64,000 bases of DNA from Verrucomicrobiota bacterium (lineage in GTDB: Bacteria; Verrucomicrobiota; Verrucomicrobiia; Palsa-1439). The stretch spans positions 200,065-264,064 of the forward strand of contig PLZV01000057.1 in assembly GCA_003152315.1 (NCBI GenBank), read 5' to 3'. The notes beneath the pieces are model-generated. The model was not told the DNA's origin. It did not search any database and saw only the letters and a program-made list of their open reading frames with translations. Position numbers and translations under genes: made by a program. Shown here piece after piece: positions 49,001-57,386 of this stretch. Positions within the stretch are counted from its first letter, which is position 1; every line of letters starts with the position of its first letter.

Positions 49001-50763
49001 CAAGTCTCCCGTAGAATGTCCGCACTTGCGAGCGTTTCGGCAATATTTCCATAAAGAAACAGCGCCGTGCCCGTCGTTAGCATTGAAGGATGTTCCCTGC
49101 TGGCGATCACGGATAGGTGTTGCTGCGCCACCTGTTGCACTTCTTGAGTCAGCTTTCCCTCAGCGGTGAGAGATGTGAGTATGCTGCCACAGCCGGTTAC
49201 AAACTGACTCTCTTCTTCACCGAGTTGAATGATTTCCAGTTCGACACCGCGCTGAAGCGGAAGATAATCAACCAACCTGCCGCCCGCTTGTTTAGCTTGC
49301 TGAAATAAATCAAGCCACTCTATCCCTACTTTGGTTAGCAGCGGATTGTCACGGCTGGCGGATGTATTAACTGGATTTGCAATCCTCAATTCTCCGGACT
49401 CCAGCAGAGCCTGAACCTTTCGCATCGCGTCGATAATACTCGGTTGGTGAGGCACAGCGTCTTCAATTTGTCGATGCAATGCGTGTGTGATGCTCGGCGG
49501 CAAATACAATGGGGCAAATTCTTTTTCGACGATGTCAAGTATGTCCAATTCTGCTGCCAAAAGAACAGAGCTTATGTCTAAGTAAAGGCGGCTCGGAGAA
49601 AGGGTGCCCGAGGTGGCGCCACGCCCGCCGTATCTAATAAAAACTGGCGATGACTGCCCCAACATTTCGTCGCTGCTGTGGAAACGTTCGTGGTAAATCG
49701 CTCCGAGCGCTTTGTTTACGATATGGAGTGGAACACGACCCTGCCGGTATAGTTGGTTCACTTCCGTTAGCCGCGCTCGTTCCGTTTCTCCCTGTTTCAA
49801 CAAATCGGCTAGAGTGACGGTCCAAATGGGGCCATCTTTTCGTTCCGCTGCCTTCGTAAAATCCGGATGAAGCGTTTCAAGCATGTCTTCCCGGTTCAAA
49901 CGAAACGCTAGATCGTAGGCAGTAACTACAAACTCGGCCGAACGCTCGCCACTCTTAACGGCTTTGGAAAGTAGTTCCTGCGCCAGCGGTGAATCCTCTA
50001 CGTAGGTCGCACGAGCCAGTTGTAGAAGCTGCTTTGGGTCGGCATCCTTCCGTGAAAGAATAGCTCGCGCTCCTTCTATCACTCCCTTCGTATCACCGGC
50101 AGCCAGTCTTAGACCAACTAGTTGGTTCAAGTCCTCCAGTAAACCGGTCTCCCGTGCCACCTGCTCAGCCTCGCGGAGCGCTTCGTTAATTAAGCCGAGT
50201 TGTTTTTCGCATTCCACTCGCCAACGCTTTAGATCAATCGGTAATTCCCCATTCGGAAAGAGACGCTCATTGGTGTTGAGCAAGTTCAAGCACTGTTCGT
50301 GTCTCGCGGCGTTGAACACGCCCATGAGCGCAATCCTTAATGCAGCGGGCGTACCTACCAGAGTGAGTAGGTCGTCAGCATGATCGGCAACAAATATCCA
50401 CTCCTTCTGTTGTAGTTTCACTTCACACAACTCGAATAGGTGCAACCCATCCTTTGTTCTGGTGTACAAATCCTCAAGATACGCACCGAGACGGCTTGGG
50501 TCCTTTGTTTGCTTGGCGATTTCTCGTAGAGCGACCGTTTCTAGGGCTATTCGATGTTCTGGGTCATTGATATTCGCAGCGAGAGAGAGGGCCGCTTCCG
50601 GATCACCGCCGGCAATCACGGCTTGTCCTTTCCAAAACAACCAGACACTTTCTTCGCCATCATCCACAAACTTCTGGCGTGACTCATCGACGACTTTCCC
50701 GAGTTGCGCCGCATCGCCTTTGCTGAGTAGCAACGTGAACAGACCGGCCAGCTGAGCTTTCAT
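46018..50763 (-). CDS. Giant (1581 aa) uncharacterized protein; no P-loop, protease or nuclease motif recognisable by eye
   Basis: Single uninterrupted ORF. A 4-bp ATGA overlap with the upstream PNP-TPR gene suggests translational coupling. Its composition looks AT-richer than the core. Confidence 0.7.
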   Translation of the reverse strand: MKAQLAGLFTLLLSKGDAAQLGKVVDESRQKFVDDGEESVWLFWKGQAVIAGGDPEAALSLAANINDPEHRIALETVALREIAKQTKDPSRLGAYLEDLYTRTKDGLHLFELCEVKLQQKEWIFVADHADDLLTLVGTPAALRIALMGVFNAARHEQCLNLLNTNERLFPNGELPIDLKRWRVECEKQLGLINEALREAEQVARETGLLEDLNQLVGLRLAAGDTKGVIEGARAILSRKDADPKQLLQLARATYVEDSPLAQELLSKAVKSGERSAEFVVTAYDLAFRLNREDMLETLHPDFTKAAERKDGPIWTVTLADLLKQGETERARLTEVNQLYRQGRVPLHIVNKALGAIYHERFHSSDEMLGQSSPVFIRYGGRGATSGTLSPSRLYLDISSVLLAAELDILDIVEKEFAPLYLPPSITHALHRQIEDAVPHQPSIIDAMRKVQALLESGELRIANPVNTSASRDNPLLTKVGIEWLDLFQQAKQAGGRLVDYLPLQRGVELEIIQLGEEESQFVTGCGSILTSLTAEGKLTQEVQQVAQQHLSVIASREHPSMLTTGTALFLYGNIAETLASADILRETCKNFQVYIEPREAANIRAGLKRVEEQRNLQEWLRQLRDRINLGLAADRYKFIGVSNSLKPDRATQTWGPDAACLEELLHAKSASGSYVWIDDRFINAFSKCGELPVVGLLEILNELRRRKVLDQTSYFRKLHQLRKGNFRYVPLEKEEILFDLHNATERDGKIIETPELSVLRRYVASCLQDRDSLRMPAQMGKGSQPGEINVLTGLFAAAGEAIRSLWCDEKITDGAAIARADWILYNLWYDCGATPRLIGLAPHSAQERELMGGTIALLYIQAPTRLSSTDEKGPMLRAGYFDWLQNRFSTDWESNKTLGRQLSRLFEAMSPAKSKSKKRDKVLQVLLSDLYANLPETIRSHMSISSRALKRIGIKEHRVVVVANFKFEDKEFWQAAKKAVQGSVERITARDPLQEFTMRFISDADGETLRLSTGTPEKTFRMSDPLFEVLRPDVLTREKVLITHREWFDCNAQTHERQVQRLARLGDPSERITRIRHWRNNSAASFYANLEAQLAERKSLHLSDFEPPPSQGLLNHLRLPQETKPGQSATAFEAAAKSLVDEEGFAEAFLRVASLPIAVPGAIWEAHAKLSLTEQSAWLEDALSHSVSPVSRLHLLGIALSGGSERRPIAQRLLDSLLGPEGEIDYSALDKILRWTVLHLEHRHDTKNWSSFAILSASWLHATRLYTLLRKRSSKEKVAEFFEKAAQPVPNELFGSRDELRGDVAHPRQINRSTFLSRGIAAALTQARIRSTDFPGLEEKAVGLCFFKVEDKWVQRIEFLADPALQENALGSFLGGDQGETLASLIGPEPAKLLGSNQILTNAEAVLSDLLGKPDQPSKWVIAFGTLGRTKAPDSLRDKVRTFIMSINFVDLEALEPSSLRVALFTIINQVNRLDDREAAKRVKAEVQKLFHRIALSEKEMQTKPNHMATFIECAELLALRFHDPATAAREMADFLFEGIVEWPAVANNLQPGFTTLAYRLPLQVAVEFWKLIFKIRQTAA

Positions 50764-52700
50764 TGTGACACCTCCAATTCAACTGCAACTTCGCGAATAT
50801 TCTCCTCTAGGTTGCTGATGTAATCTCTGGCTGAAGCCCAAAGAATGGCAATCGGATGAGTGGGGTCTCTCTCCAATAACTCGGCGCAGTACTTTTGCGC
50901 CTCTGCATGTTTTTCAGCATCATTGGCAAGACATGCAAGTCGCCATCCCTCAATTTCTCGTCGCGCTATCGGCTCCATACCATTCGGATTCAATAACTCG
51001 GCGAAAAGTGCTTCGGATTTCCTTAGCTGTTTTAGAGTGTCCTTGTCTCGCTTTACTAATTTGAGATCGGCCGGAACTGGCCAAAATTTTGGAATACGTT
51101 TGAATAAAGCCGGGGACAGACTATCAAAGTAACCGATGATCGCTGACGCGAACCTCACGCTAAACCATTGGGGGTGCTCAGTAACGGCCAACTGAATCTC
51201 TCGCTGAGCGTCTGTCAGCCTTCCCTCTCCTAATAATGCGAGTGCATACAAACGTCTAGATTCCGTATCCGGCGTAATACCAATGGGCGGTTTTGGATAT
51301 TCATCGAGTACATCCCGTGATTTTCCAGAGTCCAATAAAAAGGCGAGCTTAACATTCCAAGCGTCCAGGCTTTTGACTTCCTGAAGGTTTGCCAGAGCGG
51401 TGCGTGCGCCTTTTTCGTGATAGGTGATTAGCGCTTGCAACACCGGCATGCCTCTGTCTCCGTCTTGTTTCTGAGCCTCAAGGGCCAAGGTTTTGGCAAT
51501 GTTTACATCGCTATCTAGAGCGAGAACTAAACTTGCTTCCAATCGAAGCGCTATCGCGCGAGTGGTGGGAGTCAAGATCTTCCAATCTTGGCCTTCCTTC
51601 AATGCCTTTAGTTTTTCCATGGCTTCGCGTCCACCGCTGACTCGCCACCCCTCACGAATTGACTCGATGTCACGGACACGGGCGGCGCTCAATGCTTGTG
51701 CTAGCTTTTCAAATTGGTCGTTGATGAATTCGGAAGCAAGCGGCGAGAGTAAACGTTTTTTTCCGTCCTCATCTTCCTGCGGCGAAATGGTGGCGGCTGA
51801 AATACTGCTTTGAGTTATTGAGTTTGGACGAAGGAGGTCTATATCACACCCGTCATAAAGAAAAAGGTCCAGATATACGGCAGCAGCGCAAGAGGCTAAA
51901 TCGTGAAACCTGTCCCCCTTGAATTCGTCGGCGAAGTCCGAAATGCCTCGTATCACCATCCATGGTTTGGGTGGGTCCCGATCCTCACACGCCCTAGAAA
52001 AGCCGCCCGCTTCCATTTCTGCGGCCCGGATGCCTTGGTGATACTTGCTCATCTTATCAAAAGCCGAACCGTCTCGAAGTAAGTCATCGGCAGAAGCTAT
52101 TGTGCAATCGCGAATGGTAGGAATTGTTGCCACGTTGTCGCGGTATACATCTTCCTCACCTTTAGGCAGTTCTATTGCTTTCCCAAATTGATTTGTGAAT
52201 TGAACTGCAAAGCTCTGACCGTCGAGACGAAAATTCTGAATCATCTGCGTGACGGGGGGACGGAGGGCTCTATTAACGGGACGAGGATGTCTCTCGCCAT
52301 TTTCGACAACATTTATGCTCAAGTCCGCGATATCGCGAGCCACCGCCACGTCACCAATTTTTAACTTTCCTCGCCAACCCGCTGCAATGCCTAAGAGAAT
52401 TAGGATGGCAGGGTCATAATATGTGAGTAGGCGCGTTGTCGCTGCGCTGGCGCTGGCTTGCGAGGCGCTCCCAATGCAGTGAACCACAATTGTTAGATCG
52501 CGATCTTGAAGCTTTGAGTAGCGGGTGGTTTCCCAGTACAGGAAACCGTCTTTAGGAATTCGATCTCGTGATTCGATCTTTAGTACGCGCTGAACTGCGT
52601 GCAGTTCCGTCCCGATGACGGTCAAGACAGCCACGTCGATTGTTTTAACTTCGTGCACGGGTCGTGTAACGCGCTCCTCCAAACCCATAAAATACAGCAT
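50760..52700 (-). CDS. PNP/MTAN-like nucleoside phosphorylase/nucleosidase domain fused to C-terminal TPR-like helical domain
   Basis: The N-terminal ~270 aa align by eye with E. coli MTA/SAH nucleosidase (Pfs) motifs. VAVLTVIGTELHAV matches IGIIGAMEEE. CIGSASQASASAATTRLL matches SGIGKVAAALGATLLL. ILILLGIAAG...KIGDVAVARD matches VIINTGSAGGL..KVGDIVVSDE. AAEMEAGGFSRAC matches AVEMEATAIAHVC. MVIRGISDFAD matches VVVRAISDVAD. The C-terminal ~370 aa are helical-repeat-like. Confidence 0.7.
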   Translation of the reverse strand: MLYFMGLEERVTRPVHEVKTIDVAVLTVIGTELHAVQRVLKIESRDRIPKDGFLYWETTRYSKLQDRDLTIVVHCIGSASQASASAATTRLLTYYDPAILILLGIAAGWRGKLKIGDVAVARDIADLSINVVENGERHPRPVNRALRPPVTQMIQNFRLDGQSFAVQFTNQFGKAIELPKGEEDVYRDNVATIPTIRDCTIASADDLLRDGSAFDKMSKYHQGIRAAEMEAGGFSRACEDRDPPKPWMVIRGISDFADEFKGDRFHDLASCAAAVYLDLFLYDGCDIDLLRPNSITQSSISAATISPQEDEDGKKRLLSPLASEFINDQFEKLAQALSAARVRDIESIREGWRVSGGREAMEKLKALKEGQDWKILTPTTRAIALRLEASLVLALDSDVNIAKTLALEAQKQDGDRGMPVLQALITYHEKGARTALANLQEVKSLDAWNVKLAFLLDSGKSRDVLDEYPKPPIGITPDTESRRLYALALLGEGRLTDAQREIQLAVTEHPQWFSVRFASAIIGYFDSLSPALFKRIPKFWPVPADLKLVKRDKDTLKQLRKSEALFAELLNPNGMEPIARREIEGWRLACLANDAEKHAEAQKYCAELLERDPTHPIAILWASARDYISNLEENIREVAVELEVSQ

Positions 52701-52720
52701 GAAACGGAGTAGTTCCAGCG

Positions 52721-53101
52721 CTACTGGTCTCGCAGCCAGACAAGAATCTCGCTCGCCGATTTAGGAAACAACACACGTACCGCTAGGGCAATTTCATCTC
52801 TATCAGAGGGGTGGCGGCGCCACCGGAGTCTTAGCTCCAGCATCCACTCGTAAAAGGGTTCCCGCTCTCTATCCCTGAGATCAATCTCCTTCTTCTGCTG
52901 TCTCAACCCGACTCGGATCTCTGCCTCTTCGAGACGGTATAGTACCTTGCCGCTCAACGCACGTTTCCCGGTCTTCACATAGTGAAGCATTACTTTACTC
53001 ACGCCGAGTTCCTGCGAAACCCGCTCCCACGTCCATCCCTGTTTGAGGCGAAGGCGCTGGATTCGTGGGAAAATTAACTTTAATTCACTTTTCACTTGCA
53101 A
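52721..53101 (-). CDS. XRE-type helix-turn-helix transcriptional regulator
   Basis: HTH block LRLKQGWTWERVSQELGVSKVMLHYVKTGKRALS. The start is TTG at 53099-53101 or GTG two codons in. It is the first gene of the minus-strand operon. Confidence 0.55.
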   Translation of the reverse strand: MQVKSELKLIFPRIQRLRLKQGWTWERVSQELGVSKVMLHYVKTGKRALSGKVLYRLEEAEIRVGLRQQKKEIDLRDREREPFYEWMLELRLRWRRHPSDRDEIALAVRVLFPKSASEILVWLRDQ

Positions 53102-53113
53102 TATAGTTAATCT

Positions 53114-53365
53114 ATGTTAACTTCTCCTATGTTAGCAGAGCGACATATGCAACACCAGTCGAAACGAAGTGACCGCGAGTACTTGACCTCCACGGAGGTC
53201 GCTGACCTGTTGAGGGTGTCCTTGCGGACAGTAGTCAATCTGCGTCGTCGCCGTGTCATTCCGCACCTCAAGATTGGCAGGTTGGTGCGCTTCTCCCGTG
53301 AGCAAGTGGAGTTAGCGCTGAGATCATACACGGTCACCCAAGTGCAGACTCATGTAGGCGAATAA
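53114..53365 (+). CDS. xis: Excisionase / AlpA-MerR-like HTH DNA-binding protein (start ambiguous: 53114, 53129 or 53147)
   Basis: The block YLTSTEVADLLRVSLRTVVNLRRRRVIPHLKIGRLVRF is typical of excisionase-family HTH. It lies immediately upstream of the integrase. Confidence 0.55.
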   Translation: MLTSPMLAERHMQHQSKRSDREYLTSTEVADLLRVSLRTVVNLRRRRVIPHLKIGRLVRFSREQVELALRSYTVTQVQTHVGE

Positions 53366-53378
53366 AGTCTTGGAACGA

Positions 53379-54572
53379 ATGACAACCAGCGTGGCAATCA
53401 AAGTCAATCGGCGAGGCAAGGTTTGGCCGCTGATTTACCGGCGCCGGTATCCCTCTGGCTTGGCGTCCTTCGTTGTTGATGCGGGGAAGCAGTCAGATGG
53501 AAGACGGATTCGTCGGACGTTCCCAACGCGAGGGGAGGCGGAGACTTTTGCCGAGCAGAGGCGGACCGAGAGGGCGAACGAGGGTACCATGACGAACGCT
53601 GTTCCGTGGGAGATTCGCCGGGAGGCAGCCATCTGCGCGGCCAAACTCTCGCCGTATCGTGCGAAACTTACTGAGGCAGTCGATTACTATGTTCAACAAG
53701 TGCTGCAGTACCGGACTTCACCCAGCGTGTCAGACGTGATCAAGCGAATGCTCGATGAACTGAAGGCCGGAGGACGGCGCGAAACAGCCATCCGCACGTT
53801 GCGCTGTTTCCTCGGTGGAGCCTTTACCCTCCAGTTTGGTGAGCGACAGTTGTCGACGGTTGCCCTGGACGAACTCAACGTCATCTGTTTGGTGCCCGAT
53901 CTGCAACCCCGCACCCGTCTGAATCGCATTCGGATGGTTTCGCAACTTTACAACTACGCGGTCAAGCACGGCTGGGTCAGTGGCAATCTGGCCGAACGCA
54001 TCGTCAGGCCTATTCTGGAGAAGAAGGAACCGGGTTATCTCGATGTAGATGCTGCGCGACGCTTCCTCGAACACGCGGATGAATTTGGTTTGTTGCCCTA
54101 CGCGGCCATCGGTCTGTTCGCGGGTGTTCGCAGCGCTGAATTGCTCCGCCTGGACTGGTCGGCAGTCAATCTTATCGACCGGGAGATCACCATCGGATCG
54201 GAGATCGCCAAGACGCGATCGCGCCGCGTCATCCCGTATGGTGACGACCTCGCGGCTTGGCTCAAGCGATGTGCGCGCTGCAGCGGACCGGTGGTGAATC
54301 CCAATAATTTTGAAGGCAACTTTGGCAGGCTCAAACGCGCGGCCGGAATCAAAAATTGGCCACAGAACGCGCTCCGCCACAGCTTTGCGAGCTATCATGT
54401 CGCCCAGTATCGGGATCCGGTACGGACGGCCTATCTGCTGGGGCATCGGGGTGGCACCGATATGCTCGACAGCCATTACCGCGGACTCGTTAGCAGCGCC
54501 AAGGCAAAGGAATTCTGGGCGCTGCGTCCCAGTGGCCAGATGGTGCAGGCCGCGCTAAGGGACGCGGCGTAG
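53379..54572 (+). CDS. int: Tyrosine-type site-specific recombinase/integrase (second copy)
   Basis: ATG at 53379. The catalytic region carries RSAELLRLDW...HSFASYHVAQ...GHRGGTDMLDSHYRG. Confidence 0.8.
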   Translation: MTTSVAIKVNRRGKVWPLIYRRRYPSGLASFVVDAGKQSDGRRIRRTFPTRGEAETFAEQRRTERANEGTMTNAVPWEIRREAAICAAKLSPYRAKLTEAVDYYVQQVLQYRTSPSVSDVIKRMLDELKAGGRRETAIRTLRCFLGGAFTLQFGERQLSTVALDELNVICLVPDLQPRTRLNRIRMVSQLYNYAVKHGWVSGNLAERIVRPILEKKEPGYLDVDAARRFLEHADEFGLLPYAAIGLFAGVRSAELLRLDWSAVNLIDREITIGSEIAKTRSRRVIPYGDDLAAWLKRCARCSGPVVNPNNFEGNFGRLKRAAGIKNWPQNALRHSFASYHVAQYRDPVRTAYLLGHRGGTDMLDSHYRGLVSSAKAKEFWALRPSGQMVQAALRDAA

Positions 54573-54584
54573 GGAGATATTCTC

Positions 54585-56828
54585 ATGGCGAACCTTGACG
54601 AAAAACTTGATCGGGAGACGATCCGTGTGGCAGCGCTGACTAGGCGCATGTGCGTAGAAGTGGGCTGCGGCCGACTTTGTCCAGAAGCGTATGCGGTCGG
54701 GATTCTCTCGTTTGGTCCAAATGCCGCCACCCAAGCGGCAGTCGAGATCGGCGGGAACCTTAACGTGCTAACCGACCGCTGTCGGAAAGTATTGGAATCC
54801 CGTATGAGTATTCATGAGAATCCGGCGGGCGGCTATTTTCAAGTCAGTCTCGATGATTCGTGCGGTGCTATGTGGCGTACGGCGGCGCAGTATCGGACGA
54901 CAGCGCGAGCACCACGTATCGGAGCGTTCCATGTTCTGCTCGCCATCCTTAAAACAACCCCGGCCGTCGCCTCGGTCTTCGAAGGCGTTGGGATCGGGTT
55001 GCCGGCTTTGGAAGCGAAGCTGCGCATCCGCCCCCGACAGGAAAGTCCGCGCGCACCCGCGGCCGGGTTGCCGGCCAGTATTGGTAACCGGCCCGACGAA
55101 CTACCGGTGCGGACTGATAACCCGTTGGCAGCATTCTGCATTGACCTCACGGCTATGGCCGCCGCCGGCCAACTCGACCCGGTAGTTGGTCGTGGGCGCG
55201 AGATCGACCGTATCATCACCACGCTGTGTCGGAAGAAAAAGAACAACCCGTTATTGGTGGGCGCGGAGGGGACAGGTAAGACGGCCATAGTCGAGGCCCT
55301 CGCTCAACGTCTCATCCTCGGCCACGTACCGCATCAAATTGACGGACGACGAATCTACTCGGTAGACATGGCGCGGCTCGTTGCCGGCACACTATATCGT
55401 GGCCAGTTTGAGGAGCGTCTCAAGGCGTTGCTGGATGCCGCTCGACAGAACCGCAACTGCATTTTGTTCGTCGACGAGGCGCACACGATTATTGGTGCCG
55501 GCAGTGCCGTCGGGACTCTCGACGCCAGTAACATCCTGAAACCGGCGCTGGCCCGCGGAGAGATCACCTGTATTGCTGCCACGACCGAGACCGAGTACCG
55601 GAAGTACTTCCGCAAAGACAAGGCGCTCGATCGTCGGTTCCAGCGCATTGCAGTCAACGAGCCAACGACGGAGGAAACAGTTGCCGTGTTGAAAGGACTG
55701 CGCGTCTCACTGCAGCGGTACCACCACTGCACGATCACCGATGAAGCGCTCACGGCGGCAGTCGAGTTGTCCGGGCGCCACATCACCGACCGTTCTTTCC
55801 CCGATAAAGCGATCGACGTCATCGATGAAATGGGAGCCCGGTTCGGCGCGACCGGACTACCATTGGGCCGGGAGCAAGTGGCCCGCACGGTCGCCGACCA
55901 ACTCGGGGTTCCGTTGGAGACGGTCTTGCCAAACGATTCTCACCGCGGGCATCTCGTCGAAACCGAACTAAGGCGATTGGTGGCCGGGCAGGGGAGTGCG
56001 ATCGAAGCCGTAGTGCAGGCGGTGCGTCGCGCGTTCTTGCCCTTGCGCGATCCGCTCCGTCCGCTGGCGAGCCTGGTCTTTGGCGGGCCGTCCAGTGTCG
56101 GCAAGTCCTACATCTCGCAGATTGTCAGTCGGCACCTCTATGCTTCGGCACCCCTCATCCGCATCAATTTGGCGGAGTACGCCGAGAAACACAATGTCAG
56201 TCGGCTGTTTGGTTCACCGCCGGGCTATATTGGGCACGGCGACAGCAATCAACTCACCGACCGGGTCATGCGCCATCCGCACAGTGTGGTGCTGTTCGAC
56301 AATCTCGACAAGGCGCACCCCGAAGTGTTGATGGCGATCATGGAATTGCTCGACGCCGGCATACTCACGGACGGGCAGGGGAATGAGGTAAGTTTTCGGA
56401 GCGCGTTCATCATCCTGACGACGGTCGCTGGCAGCACTGGGTCGGTGAAGGAGGCAGTTGGGTTCGGGACGGCGAAGTCTGACCGTAACCGTCGCCATCT
56501 CATAGAAGCCTGCCGGAACCTTTTTGGCGACGAGTTTGTCAATCGAATCGACGACTTTATCCCGTTCACTCCACTGGGGCCGTACGAACTGGCGGGAGTT
56601 GCCCGCTTGACGTTCGAGGAGGTTTCCCGGCGGTTGGCCGGGAATGGCGTGACGTTGCGATGTGATGACGAGGTGTTCCAGCAGCTTGGACGCGAGAACG
56701 GCCATGCGCGCGCTGTGCGCGCGGCTATCAGGAACGAGATAGAACCGCTCATCTGCGATATTCTCGCCTGCGTACACACGCTAGGCGTCCACGTTCGATG
56801 GAAGGACGGTCGCTATGTCGTCGAGTGA
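54585..56828 (+). CDS. ClpA/ClpC-like double-AAA+ ATPase with Clp_N repeat domain; D2 Walker B Glu replaced (DNLD instead of DEIE)
   Basis: N-terminal Clp_N-like repeats. D1 has Walker A GAEGTGKT and Walker B ILFVDEAH. D2 has P-loop GGPSSVGKS and Walker B VVLFDNLDKAH. There is no ClpB-type middle domain. Confidence 0.8.
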   Translation: MANLDEKLDRETIRVAALTRRMCVEVGCGRLCPEAYAVGILSFGPNAATQAAVEIGGNLNVLTDRCRKVLESRMSIHENPAGGYFQVSLDDSCGAMWRTAAQYRTTARAPRIGAFHVLLAILKTTPAVASVFEGVGIGLPALEAKLRIRPRQESPRAPAAGLPASIGNRPDELPVRTDNPLAAFCIDLTAMAAAGQLDPVVGRGREIDRIITTLCRKKKNNPLLVGAEGTGKTAIVEALAQRLILGHVPHQIDGRRIYSVDMARLVAGTLYRGQFEERLKALLDAARQNRNCILFVDEAHTIIGAGSAVGTLDASNILKPALARGEITCIAATTETEYRKYFRKDKALDRRFQRIAVNEPTTEETVAVLKGLRVSLQRYHHCTITDEALTAAVELSGRHITDRSFPDKAIDVIDEMGARFGATGLPLGREQVARTVADQLGVPLETVLPNDSHRGHLVETELRRLVAGQGSAIEAVVQAVRRAFLPLRDPLRPLASLVFGGPSSVGKSYISQIVSRHLYASAPLIRINLAEYAEKHNVSRLFGSPPGYIGHGDSNQLTDRVMRHPHSVVLFDNLDKAHPEVLMAIMELLDAGILTDGQGNEVSFRSAFIILTTVAGSTGSVKEAVGFGTAKSDRNRRHLIEACRNLFGDEFVNRIDDFIPFTPLGPYELAGVARLTFEEVSRRLAGNGVTLRCDDEVFQQLGRENGHARAVRAAIRNEIEPLICDILACVHTLGVHVRWKDGRYVVE

Positions 56829-57237
56829 AGTCAGCAATCATCGCTGCCAGACCGTCGGGTTCCCCAGCGCGTTGTTGGTGCGGGTGGTGAAGGCCAACGC
56901 GACGATCACGTACGAAGGGATAAGTCCCGACGGTGATCTCACGTTCACAGTACCTATGCGGGACTTCGGGCTGAGTCGCACCGTGATGGCGCGTACCCCG
57001 ACCGCGCAAACGAGCTTCTTCGTGAACCTGGTGGGCGAGCTGTTGGTGCGCAAGAACATCGCGGTGTTTGCCGAGGTGCTAGAGAAGCTGGATCCGAAAG
57101 ACTACGACCGGATGGTCAATTGTTTCCGGCACCGGCACTTTGGGATGACGGTGGAGACGAATGATCTGCTCCGCTTCCGGTTCCACAGCTCGCTGGTGCA
57201 GCACATCCTGACCGAAGATCTGGAAGGTGTCGTATGA
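56815..57237 (+). CDS. Hypothetical 140-aa protein, translationally coupled to the ClpA-like gene
   Basis: 14-bp overlap with the upstream gene. The stop overlaps the next ATG (ATGA). Confidence 0.45.
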   Translation: MSSSEVSNHRCQTVGFPSALLVRVVKANATITYEGISPDGDLTFTVPMRDFGLSRTVMARTPTAQTSFFVNLVGELLVRKNIAVFAEVLEKLDPKDYDRMVNCFRHRHFGMTVETNDLLRFRFHSSLVQHILTEDLEGVV

Positions 57238-57386
57238 GCGTCGATCAGTTCCGGCATGAATACTTCCCAATCCCGCACCTGCACCAAGCCTTCGCTCTCC
57301 TGTCGTCCCGGTTTCTGGCTGCCCGGAAGAATCACATCGACAACAGCAACGGGGAGCTTGCTGGTTTCCTGCAGGATGCGCGATGA
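57234..57386 (+). CDS. Putative 50-aa micro-ORF bridging the 140-aa gene and the beta-CASP nuclease gene
   Basis: Its ATG overlaps the previous TGA (gtATGAgc) and its TGA overlaps the next ATG (cgATGAgc). It is absent from the ORF track because it is under 60 aa. It encodes MSVDQFRHEYFPIPHLHQAFALLSSRFLAARKNHIDNSNGELAGFLQDAR. Confidence 0.3.
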   Translation: MSVDQFRHEYFPIPHLHQAFALLSSRFLAARKNHIDNSNGELAGFLQDAR

